Assembly: GCF_027921745.1 (NCBI RefSeq)
Contig: NC_079238.1
Span: 3,534,001-3,598,000, forward strand
Length of the DNA: 64,000 nt
Source of the DNA: Schizosaccharomyces osmophilus
Taxonomy: Eukaryota
Reading direction: 5' to 3'
Below, in pieces: positions 1 through 11,252 of this stretch. The notes beneath the pieces were generated by a model, which ran no database searches, was not told where the DNA came from, and saw only the letters and a list, made by a program, of their open reading frames with translations. A program made the translations under genes and the position numbers. Within the stretch, counting starts at the first letter, position 1, and each line of letters starts with the position of its first letter.

Positions 1-458
1 TTATTGAAGTTTCTCCCTTGTATACGGAAGGAGGACCGTGCGTTAGGAGGTAGGTGGTATGGCCTAGTGTACCAAATGGGTAGTAGTAAATAAGGGCTTT
101 ATTTCAAGTTTAAGTTCTTCGATAAACGAAATATCCTTTGATGAATTAAAGGTTTTTAGATTAAATGCTCAAAATTATAAAATGATTGTTTTCTTATTCT
201 AAAAGCGTAGTGAAGCGTATTTCAAACTTTAAGCGTCTACCTTCAAAATGTCTGTCCAAAAATATTATTATTAAATCCCACCTAAATTTCTTAAGCATAA
301 GTGCCAAAATTATTAACATCTAAAAAGCACATTGATAGTTGTACACAAAGGACGATAATAACCTTGTTGACGTTTTACAAATGTGCATACTTATAACCCT
401 CTTAATCCGTTATCCTTTTGTCCTTTTTTTCTATTTAGCTATTGCTAAACGATCAAGT

Positions 459-3400
459 TTACTTCACGTCTAGCATCATCTTAATGTTCATAGCTGCAAG
501 CTCGGCGGTAAGATAATTGAACACACTGGGAAGTGCAACAAGGGTAGTGTTACTTCCTCCAACAAATTTGTGTCCAGTACCATCTTCCCATGTCAAATTG
601 GCATCTTCTAAACCAGTGGCTGGTTTAGCACAAGCACGGCATTTAACTTCTGAAGAGGCTCCACTGCCACTCATAGAAATCGTAGACATAGGAGAGATGA
701 TAGAGCCACAGTCACGACAAACCCAACTCTGAGCATAATCTGAACAGTTCATCAAACGATCTTGCATCAAGAATGATGTTCCGTGACCAATAACAGCATC
801 ACGTTCCATTTCACCGAAACGGATACCACCAGCACGCTTACGACCTTTAATAGGCTGGCGTGTTAGGTTATGAATAGGACCGGTAGTACGAACCTGGAAT
901 TTATCGTTCACCATGTGACGAAGACGTTGGTAGTAAACAACACCAATATAAATATCAGCCTGCATTTCCTTACCGGTAATACCACTGTACATGGGCTCAT
1001 TTCCGTGATAGTTATAGCCAGATTTTACCAATTGTTCACCAAAATAGTCCGAAGCTGTTTGTTGCTCAGAGAAAATAAATGGTGTACTATCTTGAGCAAG
1101 ACCTTGACAAGCACCAGCTTTACCAGCCAAACTCTCAACAAACATACCGATTGTCATACGCGATGGGAATGCATGAGGATTAATGATAATATCTGGCTGC
1201 ATACCAGTTTCAGTAAAAGGCATGTCAACAGCAGGCCATTTTTGGGAGCAAATACCCTTTTGACCGTGTCTAGAAGAGAACTTATCACCAATAATGGGAC
1301 TGCGGGTAATACGGAACTTGATGTGAATCTGCTGGCATTCAGAATCACCAACATCATTACCAATCAGACGGACTTCATCCACAAAGCCAGGCTCAGTACC
1401 ATGATAACTTTCTACGAAGTTTTGACCAGTTGTTTCATCGTAGTAAGCAACCATAGGATCGCCATCTTCAAGCATTGTACCGACATATGGGAGACCATCA
1501 GCATCAACCTTCTGCTGCCATTCACGACGAGGATTAGAACCAGGGGCAAATCCAAAGTGGTGCACAACAGGCTCACCACGTCTACGCTTTTGGCCTAAAT
1601 CGACAGATTCTCCTTTATAAACGGTACCATAACCGAAACCACGCTCATGAGCTGACTTATTCAAAATCATTGCATCTTCCATATCATAACCGGTATAAGA
1701 GATGACAGCAACGATTGCATTAGTACCGTTAGGATAGTGATCCATTCCGTATGTATTATGCAACTTGGGACGAACAACAGGTGTTTGACCGGTTTGCAAG
1801 CGATATAGCTTGTTATCTGTACGATAGCGTAAAGCAGTTCCAGGAGTACCCATTGTTTGCTTAGCCATCTGACATTGATACATGTTACGGGGAGACTGGT
1901 TAAAGTCAGAGAAAGGGGTCATGTTTGCAACAATTGAAAGTACATTTGTAGGAGAATATTCAACGTGAGTTGAAATCTTTGGAACGATTTCTCTCGGAAA
2001 ACAGGCAACATCCATATAGACTTGTTCAAATGGACCGAGCAAATCCAATTCACCACTTCCGATGTGCTTGACCGGGCGGATCATACGAGCGGTATTGCTA
2101 AACAAATACAAACCGGGGAATTGACCACCATGAGAAGGAGGGACCAAACCGATTTCTAAATCCAAGGGTACCTTGGGCTTCTCAGTCAAAGTTCCGTTGC
2201 GTTCAGCAGCAGCATATTGAATCTTCAAGTCCCGCAAAACGTTGGCAACATGTGCAGCTAATCTATGCGTACACCAGCCAATGATTTTACCATCTAACTG
2301 AACACTTACCCAGTCAGGGTCATGAACCATCGTACTAGGAGGATCCACACCCAATGATAACAAAAGTGAAGGAACGGAACTCACATCTGAGGCATGAGTG
2401 ATAACATCACACTTCCTAGCCAAGTGATTGAGCAAGCCACATGGTGCACCATCAGGAGTATGAACAGGACACATAAAGCCCCATGCTTCAGGTAGTAATT
2501 TACGAACGGTGGTCGTCTTAAGTTCAGCAAAGAAAGCACCACGATGAACCATTCGGAAGTGTGAAAGAAAACGGTAAAAGTTTAGTTTTTCTGCGACAAC
2601 AGTATAGCCAGTAGCCTGTTGTAAATCAAGACCAGTGTTAGATATCAGATTACCAGTACTCAAGAAGTATTGAAGCTTCGAGCCAATATCATTATTAACT
2701 TTGGATAAAACTTTAGTCAAATACTTGCGATCAGAAAAATCAATACCAGGAACATTACGACGAATGTCCATATTAATTTGAGTGCGAATACCGTTTAGCC
2801 AATCCTCTATCTTTTCTTTCAGGATTTGACCATACAAGAAACCACCAAGAAGAATTTCCTGATGCTGAGGAGAATCTGGATTATCAGCACAACATTCACC
2901 TGCAACCAAAGCATATAATTTACGAATCATAAACAACAGAAGTCTAAACTTATCCCTAGGTTCGGACAAGTGAACCAATACTACCTTTTTAATGAGGAAG
3001 CGACCTACTTCGACGTCGGTTAAATCTTCAGCAACGCCAAGGACGACGCGGAATTTGCTACCGAGATACTGAAGAGTCTCAGTCTGTGTATAGAGACCAT
3101 AGGATTTGTATGCGCGAAGCATAAGTTCCACACGATCAGTTAAGAAAGTGTTATCCAAATCATTACCAACAATACCTTCAAAAACCTCTTTGTCGCTAGT
3201 TTCCACCAAAGCTTTGAGAATCATCATGGAGGGAATCAAATATTCGTTTTTGCGCCAGTGGAAACGGAACATAGTGACACCATTATTGAGATAATGAAGA
3301 GTGTTTGTCAAACTAGATTCGTCGGCTCGAACGCAACGAATGGAAAGACCATACTGGCTATAACTATTACCACGATTGGCGAAAGACGGACGGATAAGAG

Positions 3401-3980
3401 CGGTAGGGTGGTTACGCTTGGGGAGAATCAACATACGAATAAGCTTTTCAATTCCGTTTACTATAAAATACCCTCCCATTTCTTCACTTTCTTCTTTATG
3501 AGCAATCAATTCACCGGGAGGCAATCCCTCTAAATGACAACGGTTTGAGCGGACCATAATTGGCAACATGCCCACTTCACGCATCTCGGTTTGTCGGGGA
3601 CCATTGTTCACGGACCAAGATAGCTTCAGGACAAGGCGTGATTTGTAAGATGTCAAGCGCTCTCTTGCTTCAGCAGGATAAACCTTACGGTTGATAGAGG
3701 TACGCTCTCTGCTTGACAACATGGGTTTTGCAATTTGAACCTCGTCCACGCGAAAAGAAAGCTTGTTTCCAAACTTGAGATTGCCATTTTCTTGGGCAAG
3801 AGAGTCAAAAATCGTCTTTTCGCCGATTTCCTTGACTGCAAGGTTCAGCAATCCAGCATCCGTTAGTGCATTAAAGGACTGGACATGAGGCTTCGTAGCA
3901 AATTGCAAATCTGGGAAGCTAGTTCCGTCCGTAGGCGGACACTTGAATGTCTTTTCTCGCTCTAAGGTATGGAATGACAT
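459..3980 (-). CDS. rpa2: RNA polymerase I second-largest subunit
   Basis: Intronless ORF with RNAP beta-like motifs GDKFSSRHGQKG, PDIIINPHAFPSRMTIG, GGIRFGEMERD and a C-terminal Zn ribbon. The Pol I-type start MSFHTLEREK is at ATG 3980; the track's 4049 start is TTG. Confidence 0.97.
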   Translation of the reverse strand: MSFHTLEREKTFKCPPTDGTSFPDLQFATKPHVQSFNALTDAGLLNLAVKEIGEKTIFDSLAQENGNLKFGNKLSFRVDEVQIAKPMLSSRERTSINRKVYPAEARERLTSYKSRLVLKLSWSVNNGPRQTEMREVGMLPIMVRSNRCHLEGLPPGELIAHKEESEEMGGYFIVNGIEKLIRMLILPKRNHPTALIRPSFANRGNSYSQYGLSIRCVRADESSLTNTLHYLNNGVTMFRFHWRKNEYLIPSMMILKALVETSDKEVFEGIVGNDLDNTFLTDRVELMLRAYKSYGLYTQTETLQYLGSKFRVVLGVAEDLTDVEVGRFLIKKVVLVHLSEPRDKFRLLLFMIRKLYALVAGECCADNPDSPQHQEILLGGFLYGQILKEKIEDWLNGIRTQINMDIRRNVPGIDFSDRKYLTKVLSKVNNDIGSKLQYFLSTGNLISNTGLDLQQATGYTVVAEKLNFYRFLSHFRMVHRGAFFAELKTTTVRKLLPEAWGFMCPVHTPDGAPCGLLNHLARKCDVITHASDVSSVPSLLLSLGVDPPSTMVHDPDWVSVQLDGKIIGWCTHRLAAHVANVLRDLKIQYAAAERNGTLTEKPKVPLDLEIGLVPPSHGGQFPGLYLFSNTARMIRPVKHIGSGELDLLGPFEQVYMDVACFPREIVPKISTHVEYSPTNVLSIVANMTPFSDFNQSPRNMYQCQMAKQTMGTPGTALRYRTDNKLYRLQTGQTPVVRPKLHNTYGMDHYPNGTNAIVAVISYTGYDMEDAMILNKSAHERGFGYGTVYKGESVDLGQKRRRGEPVVHHFGFAPGSNPRREWQQKVDADGLPYVGTMLEDGDPMVAYYDETTGQNFVESYHGTEPGFVDEVRLIGNDVGDSECQQIHIKFRITRSPIIGDKFSSRHGQKGICSQKWPAVDMPFTETGMQPDIIINPHAFPSRMTIGMFVESLAGKAGACQGLAQDSTPFIFSEQQTASDYFGEQLVKSGYNYHGNEPMYSGITGKEMQADIYIGVVYYQRLRHMVNDKFQVRTTGPIHNLTRQPIKGRKRAGGIRFGEMERDAVIGHGTSFLMQDRLMNCSDYAQSWVCRDCGSIISPMSTISMSGSGASSEVKCRACAKPATGLEDANLTWEDGTGHKFVGGSNTTLVALPSVFNYLTAELAAMNIKMMLDVK

Positions 3981-4101
3981 CCCAAGTTTGCAAAGAAAAA
4001 TTTGGTAGAAAGCACAAGGATTTTGAGTCAAAATCCCAAATTTTTTCAAGCGACTACGAACGTATGCGTAAGCCCATATAGGGTACTAGAAAGTTGTGGA
4101 T

Positions 4102-4135
4102 TAACGCTAATAACGCAAGGTAACGCAATACGACG
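4102..4135. promoter_or_regulatory. Array of TAACG direct repeats (Sap1-type binding site) upstream of rpa2
   Basis: TAACG at 4102, 4111 and 4121, plus degenerate CGACG at 4131, with a 9-10 bp period. Confidence 0.45.
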
Positions 4136-4691
4136 AAATGTAAACAATGGGTGAATAAAGGAGGATGATAGAAGAGAGGATGGATGGCTATTTGCATTTA
4201 CTATAAAAATATGCTGTTGTACATCATGGATTTCATTCCCTTTCCGTTGTTAAATATATAATCCAAAAACTAATTCTCTACTCATTGAAAGGTTCCGTGA
4301 AACGATAATAGAGCTTTAGGCTAAATCGAAAACCCGTAGTTTGAGGTCCAGCTTACTTTTACTTATACTGCTTTACACTGTAAACAAAAAAAAAGTCGAA
4401 GCCAAAAAACTCCCTAACCTGTAATTCGGTAGAATTTGGTTAGTAACTGAAAGGCCCATATCAAAAGTAGTAACAGAAATCGACTCGTAAAGATACGAGC
4501 TTTTGAAAGGCTGAATCGAAAACAGGATTAAAGACAGGGACTTTTGATATCATAAAATTCTCATTATAATGGAATTAAAAAAATAAATATGCGAGCAAAA
4601 AATGATGCTAATTGAAGGCAAGTAAGAGGAGGGAATACAAGATTGATAGACAAAAAGAAGACACGAATAATTTCAAGGATGACTTTAAACT

Positions 4692-5702
4692 CTATGTAGA
4701 TTCGGAGAAATATTTTTTTGTAGCATGATACGTACTTATCATGATAGCACAAGAGGGTGCAACTTTTACACAGCGAGGAAGTGTCCCTTTCCATAGTGCA
4801 CGAGCACCTCCTTTCGAATATAACATTAATAAAATCTGGCCGCGAGTGAGAGTATGACCATGGACTTGTCGAGCGGTCTTGGAAACATCGAATGGTTGAG
4901 TAAGTAAAGTAGCCATTACACCGCTAATTCCTCCACTCATGAAATTCACGTAGAGGTCCTTTTTAGAATTATCTTCCGTCGATGGCTTGAAGGTTGGATG
5001 TTGAAGAAAGAACCAACGTGTACGTTCATACGCCCACCAGTAGAATGCACTAAAGGGAACATCTCGCCAAAGAGTGACACCAACGCCGTTCCATAAACTT
5101 AAATAACCTTTTTGCTGGATCATCCTTTGTAAGCCTTGAAAGACTTCTTTTGCGATATCGCCCGTATGTCCTGGAGGATAGCGACCGCCAGCAGCCTGCA
5201 CCCTTGTCCGAAAAAGCTCAATTGGGGAAACAATGCTAGCTGATACAGTGCGTGCTGAAGCACCGGCAACAGCAGCAGACGCTGGAAAGTTCCAGTCAGC
5301 GTACAAAAGCAACAGCCGCTCATACATCAAGAATTGAACAATGTTAGCTGGAATCATCATTGTCAGCGAAGGGATAAGGCCTCTCCAAAGATTTCGAATG
5401 CCTTCATTGCGAGCTATCTGAAACAATCCCGACACTGGTCCTGTTAAATGTCGTGTTTTCTGGGGACTCTGACCAAGAGAGGTCTTGATTGACGAATGAC
5501 CACCATTGCCTTCCATGGAAGTGAACGCGGACATCGATTCACTTTGCAGACGAGTCTTTACCACATCAAACGGTGTCACAGTTAACGTCGTAAGGAAGCT
5601 TCCAACGCAAGCCGAGACCATTTTGGCCATAGGGTTGACATCGGGCTCTGCATTCACTGACAATTCCGCTTCTGAGCTACTCGTCTGATCTGCTCTTTGC
5701 AT
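4692..5702 (-). CDS. mtm1: Mitochondrial carrier, SLC25A39/40 / Mtm1 family
   Basis: Three carrier repeats with signatures PFDVVKTRLQ, PIELFRTRVQ and PFDVSKTARQ, plus family motif TLWRDVPFSAFYW. First ATG at 5702 gives 336 aa. Confidence 0.85.
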   Translation of the reverse strand: MQRADQTSSSEAELSVNAEPDVNPMAKMVSACVGSFLTTLTVTPFDVVKTRLQSESMSAFTSMEGNGGHSSIKTSLGQSPQKTRHLTGPVSGLFQIARNEGIRNLWRGLIPSLTMMIPANIVQFLMYERLLLLYADWNFPASAAVAGASARTVSASIVSPIELFRTRVQAAGGRYPPGHTGDIAKEVFQGLQRMIQQKGYLSLWNGVGVTLWRDVPFSAFYWWAYERTRWFFLQHPTFKPSTEDNSKKDLYVNFMSGGISGVMATLLTQPFDVSKTARQVHGHTLTRGQILLMLYSKGGARALWKGTLPRCVKVAPSCAIMISTYHATKKYFSEST

Positions 5703-6000
5703 GAATTTAAAGTAGTCACTCAATGCACAATCATTCAACTCATATCTCTTAGTGTAGAGTGTTGCCAAAATCCTTACCAATCAAATACGTTGTACCACGC
5801 TACACACATATAAAGAGTACGAACATATAATCACTTTTCTCCGCTAAGAAACAAAGGAATCAAGAGCATTCAAGCTTTTCATCATTTTTTTCCATTTCTA
5901 TTCTTATTTTGTTTTGTTTTGTTTACGAAAGTAAAACAGCAGTTTAGGCCTTCTTTCTCCATTGATTTGCTAAACGTTTGGTTTTTAGTTGAACTCTACG

Positions 6001-6418
6001 ATGTCTTATTTCCGTAGCGGGTAAGGAATCGTGTAAGGAGACACCTTGCCGAATTTACAGGACTTGAAAACTAACAAGGGTTTTTCTTAGTATCATTGGG
6101 TTTTTGTCTGGCTTGGGTCTTAGTTATGCTGGTGGTGTCCAGTCGTTATTGTCGTCAAGTAAACAAACCCAAACAGAATTGCAGGTTACGACAGAATTAA
6201 TCCAAAAACAAGTAAAATCTCAAAAAGAGTTGGAGAACCGAATTCGATTCTTGGAAGAAACGGCTTCGAGGTACAATACCGAAGAGCAAGTAAAGGAATG
6301 GAAAACAATCGTTCAGAATATGCATCTTGACCAGCTGGAATTACAATCTCGGCAAAAGCAAATAGAGGAGGTTCTTGGACATTTACTACTAGAACGACAA
6401 ACCAAGCTTTTGGTATGA
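6001..6418 (+). CDS. Small two-exon protein (115 aa), N-terminal hydrophobic helix plus coiled coil; function unknown
   Basis: Exon 6001-6020, intron 6021-6090 (GTAAGG...ACTAAC...TAG), exon 6091-6418. Splicing gives MSYFRSGIIGFLSGLGLSYAGG... in frame with ORF 6104-6418. Confidence 0.8.
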
Positions 6419-6541
6419 AAATTGTAACGATAGTAACGAGAACCCTATTTGTTTGAAAAAATTGGATAGAATGACACAAACCCATATTATTCATATTCAT
6501 ATTGTTTCTTTTCTCCCTTCTCTAATTAATGTACATTCTGT

Positions 6542-7873
6542 TTATACCGATGATGGCCTGCGAAGCACCCGTTCCCATGGAACAATTTTCGCTTGGGCAA
6601 ACTCTTCTAAAGAGCTCACTACTTTTTGATAGTCTTCCCAATTATTCAGATTTGTGCATTCCTTCAGTTTTTCCGAAACGGTGTTTGTATACGTGAGCTC
6701 TCCCTGTAAACGTTGATATTCTTCATCCTGCTTTAGCAGCTGTGTCTTCTTTTCCTTCACTTCACTTGTGAAATCGTCAAGCGACTTTAATGTATCAAAC
6801 ACCGCAGGTGGTTCAATATCTTTTGCTGCTTGTAACGTCAATAGAATCTGACTCATCCATTCCGTATTTTTAACAAATCGCGCTGTGCATATTTGCTGCG
6901 GTGTCAATTTGTCCATGATGTCTCCCTTTTCAATTTCAAGATCCTCTGGTGCAATTGGCGGTGTAACCCCATGTGGTACTGTTGTTTTCGCAGCTGCATC
7001 AGGTACTTGATTTGGAGGAACGTTTCCCGAGGGTGCAGCATTCGCAATGGATGGAGTCCGGGAACGCGCCCGTAATTGAGATGCAGCCGCAGCCGCGCTG
7101 GTTTCACGTATCGGCGCTTCTACTGGGACGTTTGCAGCTGGCGTTCTCTGCTCCCTTAATAGAAAAGGAGGAGTTCGTATATCGGGAAGAGGATATTGCC
7201 GTATTTGTGATGGTTTTGCAAGTGAGACATTCGCTGGCACAGAATCATTCTCTGATGCACGAATATAGTGAACTAGCCAGTAATTATCAAACCCAATCCC
7301 AAGCAGACGATAGCGAAACCGAGAATGGACTGTTTTAGGTTCTGATAACGGAAAGAAGCCATGTTTCGCTTCATGAATCTCGAGTACCTATTGTTTTCAC
7401 AGTTAATATCTGTCACCCAACCGTCAAAATAAAGTTCTTGATCCATTTGCTTCTTATTGTTGAGTTTCAATCGATAGTAGATCAGTCATTTCAACAATCT
7501 AGAGAATCCCTCCTCAAACAACACTTACCTTTCCAGTGACCTCTATATTAAAGACACGTTCATTACTCATAAAATGCATACCATCTGGAGGACACGGTAA
7601 CGTTGGAGCTTGCCAGGCTAGAAACAATGTTCCGTCATTGGGTTGATCAACCAGCGTCCAAGAAAACGTAATCTGAATCATTGTAAATACTTTCTTTTCT
7701 TAGACAAGCCATACCTGAGGAAGCGCTTGTGATGCTTTTGTAAGAATATCAACTACCGCAGGAATTGGTAATTGAGGTGCTGGTGGATAGGGCAAATTTG
7801 CACGACACCATACTTGAGACCTGTAATCTAAAGGAATAGACAACAAAGTTTGGGCTGCTGTAGTGGCAGACAT
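6542..7873 (-). CDS. ssr4: SWI/SNF and RSC complex subunit Ssr4
   Basis: Exons 7873-7715, 7672-7529 and 7387-6542 with GTATGG..CAG and GTAAGT..TAG introns give a continuous frame (MSATTAAQTLLSIP...FSWTLVDQPNDGTLFLAWQ...PPDGMHFM...WLVHY). The C-terminus has the DIMDKLTPQQICTARFVKNTEWM motif. Syntenic position supports the call. Confidence 0.85.
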
Positions 7874-8240
7874 CGCCCTTTTCTATTGCAATGTCGTTTT
7901 ACAATCGTCAAGGCCACAAAGGTGTCGTAGCCCATAATTTAATAACCGAGTGTTACTCTTCAGTATAATATATAAGGAGTTTTTTCACTTTCTTTAATAA
8001 ACATTATCAAGCGATTCTTTGAAATAAGGTAGAAATGTAGATTCATGCCTTTTATTTGTTTTTTAACATTTTATTTCAGTATAAATTTTAAAGGAAATAT
8101 ACAGTTCGACATTAGCACACAAGTTCATTATCCTCACCCTATGCATTAAAAAATCACATAAACTGGCAAAGCATACTTTCATTATATAGGATATTTCGTA
8201 AGGATGAGCGGGAATCGTAAAAATCAAATCAAGAAAGTAA

Positions 8241-10381
8241 TCATTTGAGTTTATATGCACCTCCAGTAAACTCCAATTTGTCTTCTTTGACCATCAAAGC
8301 AAGAAACTCTCGTAATTCATTCTGAGTTCGATTGTATCCATTCGGCGGAGGTATAAACATTGTCAACATATTATGAATTCTATCCAGTTCTAAAGAGCCA
8401 AGATTTGTAAGCATACCGACCACAAAAGACCTGATTTTTTGTTAGTATTATAAACATAGATATCAGTCAAAAGTATAGAATCGTACCAGTAAACGCGCAT
8501 TTCTGAAGTTGCTGCTTCCGCTTGTGATTGAACAGCCGAAGCAGGCTCGTCTTCAATAGCTGTATCAATGAAAGTCGCTTCTTCTTGAGTTTCGCGAACG
8601 CGATAGATATCGTCTTTTACCAATGTTAACACTTGATGATGAACCCAAAAGTTCACATGTTTTTTTACAATTTCGATGGGCTGGTCAAGTTGTTCTGCAG
8701 CTTCTTCTAGTCTAAGTGTTGGTGACTCTTCAAAAAAAGATAATAATGTAGCTTGTTCAGGAGTAACGGATACGTTCAACGTTCTGTCCTCAAGCTCAAT
8801 CTCCAATTCCACAGTTCCCAAATTTTGCAAATAGACCAACTCACGCTTGTTTTGTTTTTTAGAAAAATTATTCGCATATTTGTCAAGTTCTTCCTGAATT
8901 GCTTTGGGCACTCGGAATGACCGAACTACAAGATTAGGCCAAAAAATTCTAGATAGAACAGTTGCATGGAACACAGATGATGTATTCTTCCTTTCATGGA
9001 TGAACGCATCAATGCATTTCGATTTTTTTATATCTTCAAGCATGACATTACACATTTGCAATGTGGATTCCCCGAAACGATATTTCAAGAACCCTATATT
9101 CTTTTCCTGTTAAAGTGTTAGTACCATCTAGAGGTGAATACTTACTTCGTGATCATAATTATAATCTGTAATTTGTAGTAAACGTTCCGCAAGCAAGAGC
9201 TGAAGTTCCTTAATGAGGGTTTCCTTGCTATTGAAAATAGATATTAGACTGGCAATAATATCTTTATCCGTTGGTTTTCGAAAGTCAGGAGCCGCATCAA
9301 TGGGATCTGGCATCCATTTAAGGTAATCATTTCGATCGGAAGCAGCATCCACATTACCGGCAGGAAGTTTTGCGAGCTCAGAAGACAAACCATTTTCAGA
9401 CTTGCTGAAAAGAAGATAAACCAATGATTTACTAGTATCATCTCGCTCATTCAGAAAACTACGGATAGGTTTTAAAGCCTTGTCCAGTAAAACACCCGGC
9501 GGGTCCAATGCGAGAAAACACCGTATAGTTGAAACATAAAAGACGAGGATAGAAGAAGTATCTTTGCTTGGTCTCAATATATTGTTTTCACATGTGGACA
9601 TAAACCTTTCTACTAAGTACTGGCGTTGTTCTGGCTGACGAGCAGCGAGTCTCAAGTCTTCAATAGCACCGGATGACTGAGGATAGTCCAAAACTATATC
9701 AAAAATAGAATCGGATCGAAGTCGTCCAAGTAGGTTGGAAACTAACTGATCAAGTTGAGAATGTACGGAAGTTGTCGAAAGGAATGAGACATGTTCAACC
9801 AAAAGGGTAAGCTCACTTCTGATCCATTCTGCTGCTTCCTGATAGACGCCATAAGACCAGTGGGACCCGTAACGTCGATACAAAAGGGTATGAACGTGAT
9901 CTTTCAAGGATAGAGCAAAGGTTTCCTTCAACTCTGAAACCAAACCCAACTGCCTTAGCCTTTCACAAAGATGAAAAAAATCTTCTAAGCCAAAATATGG
10001 GTTGGACTCATTTTCTGACCATAAATTCAATACTTTTTTAAGGTAAGCAAATAAGGGCTTCCGAATTTGGTCAAGCGGTAAGTGCCTTCGACAAAGACTC
10101 CAAAAACATTGCTGGACATGATCAAGATGAATAGTAGGATCTTTTGTGGCGTAATCTCTGTAAGAAAACCAAAAGGCATAGAGGTTTTGGATAAGATTCT
10201 GCAGTTCTTCTATACTAGCAGGACGATTTTCAAACAGCTGCGTATGAATAGAAGAATGAAAATCAGTTCTTAATGTATCTATAAGGGTTGATTCTGATAG
10301 CGTTTCGGTGCTCTCTTGTTGAGAAGGTTGAAAAAATCGAAAACCCTTCAGGATCGATGCAGAACGATCTTTGCATTCCAT
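8241..10381 (-). CDS. apc2: Anaphase-promoting complex cullin subunit Apc2
   Basis: Three exons, introns 9145-9107 and 8486-8431. Motifs LDPPGVLL, WMPDPIDAAPDF, LKYRFGE..LQMCNVMLEDI and a C-terminal WHB domain YWSFVVGMLTNLGSL. Confidence 0.93.
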
Positions 10382-10728
10382 ATTGATAAATACTTTATAG
10401 GAACCCTTCTATTTTTCCCTATAGGTATTCGTTGTGAGTAGAATTATACCAACGTAAAGACAGCAACAATGTAAACAAATCGAGATGAATGAGCGAAAAT
10501 AGTCAGCAAGCGTTACCGAATTCCAATTTGTAAATGTAAAAAAGAGAGTAAACCAGTTAGAAAGGAAAACTGAAGGAAAGTTACATCGAGTAGAGATGAG
10601 CGGGACTGAACGTAAGTGAAGACAACGAGAATGGAGAGTTTCACATCCACCACCAAGCCGAAAACCGGCATTGAAGCTTTCGTTCCTTCGAAGAAAGTAA
10701 ACAAAAGAAGTATTTATAGAATTAGAAA

Positions 10729-11252
10729 ATGAACGGTGTTACGAATTTGTTGAAAAAAAATGCATTGACACCTCCAATTCCTCTATACCGACGATTGCTG
10801 CGAGCTCATCGAACTATGCTTGGTCCTCAAGAACGGGCTTTGGGTGATGAATATGTAAAAGCAGAATTTCGACGCCATAGGGGTGTCACAAACCCGTTGC
10901 ACCTAGTGGGCTTCTTGACGTCTTGGCAACGCTATGCAGAAACGCTTGAAGTTGATGCATGGAAAAAAACCCAAGTTGACAATAGAGACTTGCTGGAGTC
11001 ATTAAATGAGCAACAGTTAGGACAGGTAAGTATTTCGTCTGTTATGAATTAAAGACATAGTAAGCGAATTGCCTTGTTGGATTTGTTTCAGACGAATTGC
11101 AGGGTTTTGTAACTCTTACTCTTCTATTCATATATATCTATCTAAATTTTGACAATGTAAAGAAAAACACGTGCTAACTTATTCAGCTTTACGAGCTCTT
11201 GAGGGCTCTTCGCGAACAGACAGATTCTGAATCTGATCCGTTGAAGAAGTAG
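10729..11252 (+). CDS. sdh7: Succinate dehydrogenase assembly factor 3 (ACN9/Sdh7, LYR family)
   Basis: LYRRLLRAHR...RALGDEYVKAEFRRHR motif. Exon 10729-11025, intron 11026-11186 (GTAAGT..GCTAAC..CAG), exon 11187-11252, completing the conserved EQQLGQ|LYEL. Confidence 0.9.

Noticed and set aside
53..63. GGCCATACCAC on the minus strand resembling a 5S rRNA 5' end
   Set aside because: Only about 11 nt match; no internal A/C boxes and no closing stem.
870..1598. 242-aa ORF antisense to rpa2
   Set aside because: It lies wholly within a highly conserved CDS; typical antisense shadow frame.
4286..4690. Telomerase RNA-like 3' end (strong TACTAAC branch point in non-coding DNA)
   Set aside because: The interval is too short for a >1 kb RNA, and I see no template or convincing Sm-site/donor arrangement.
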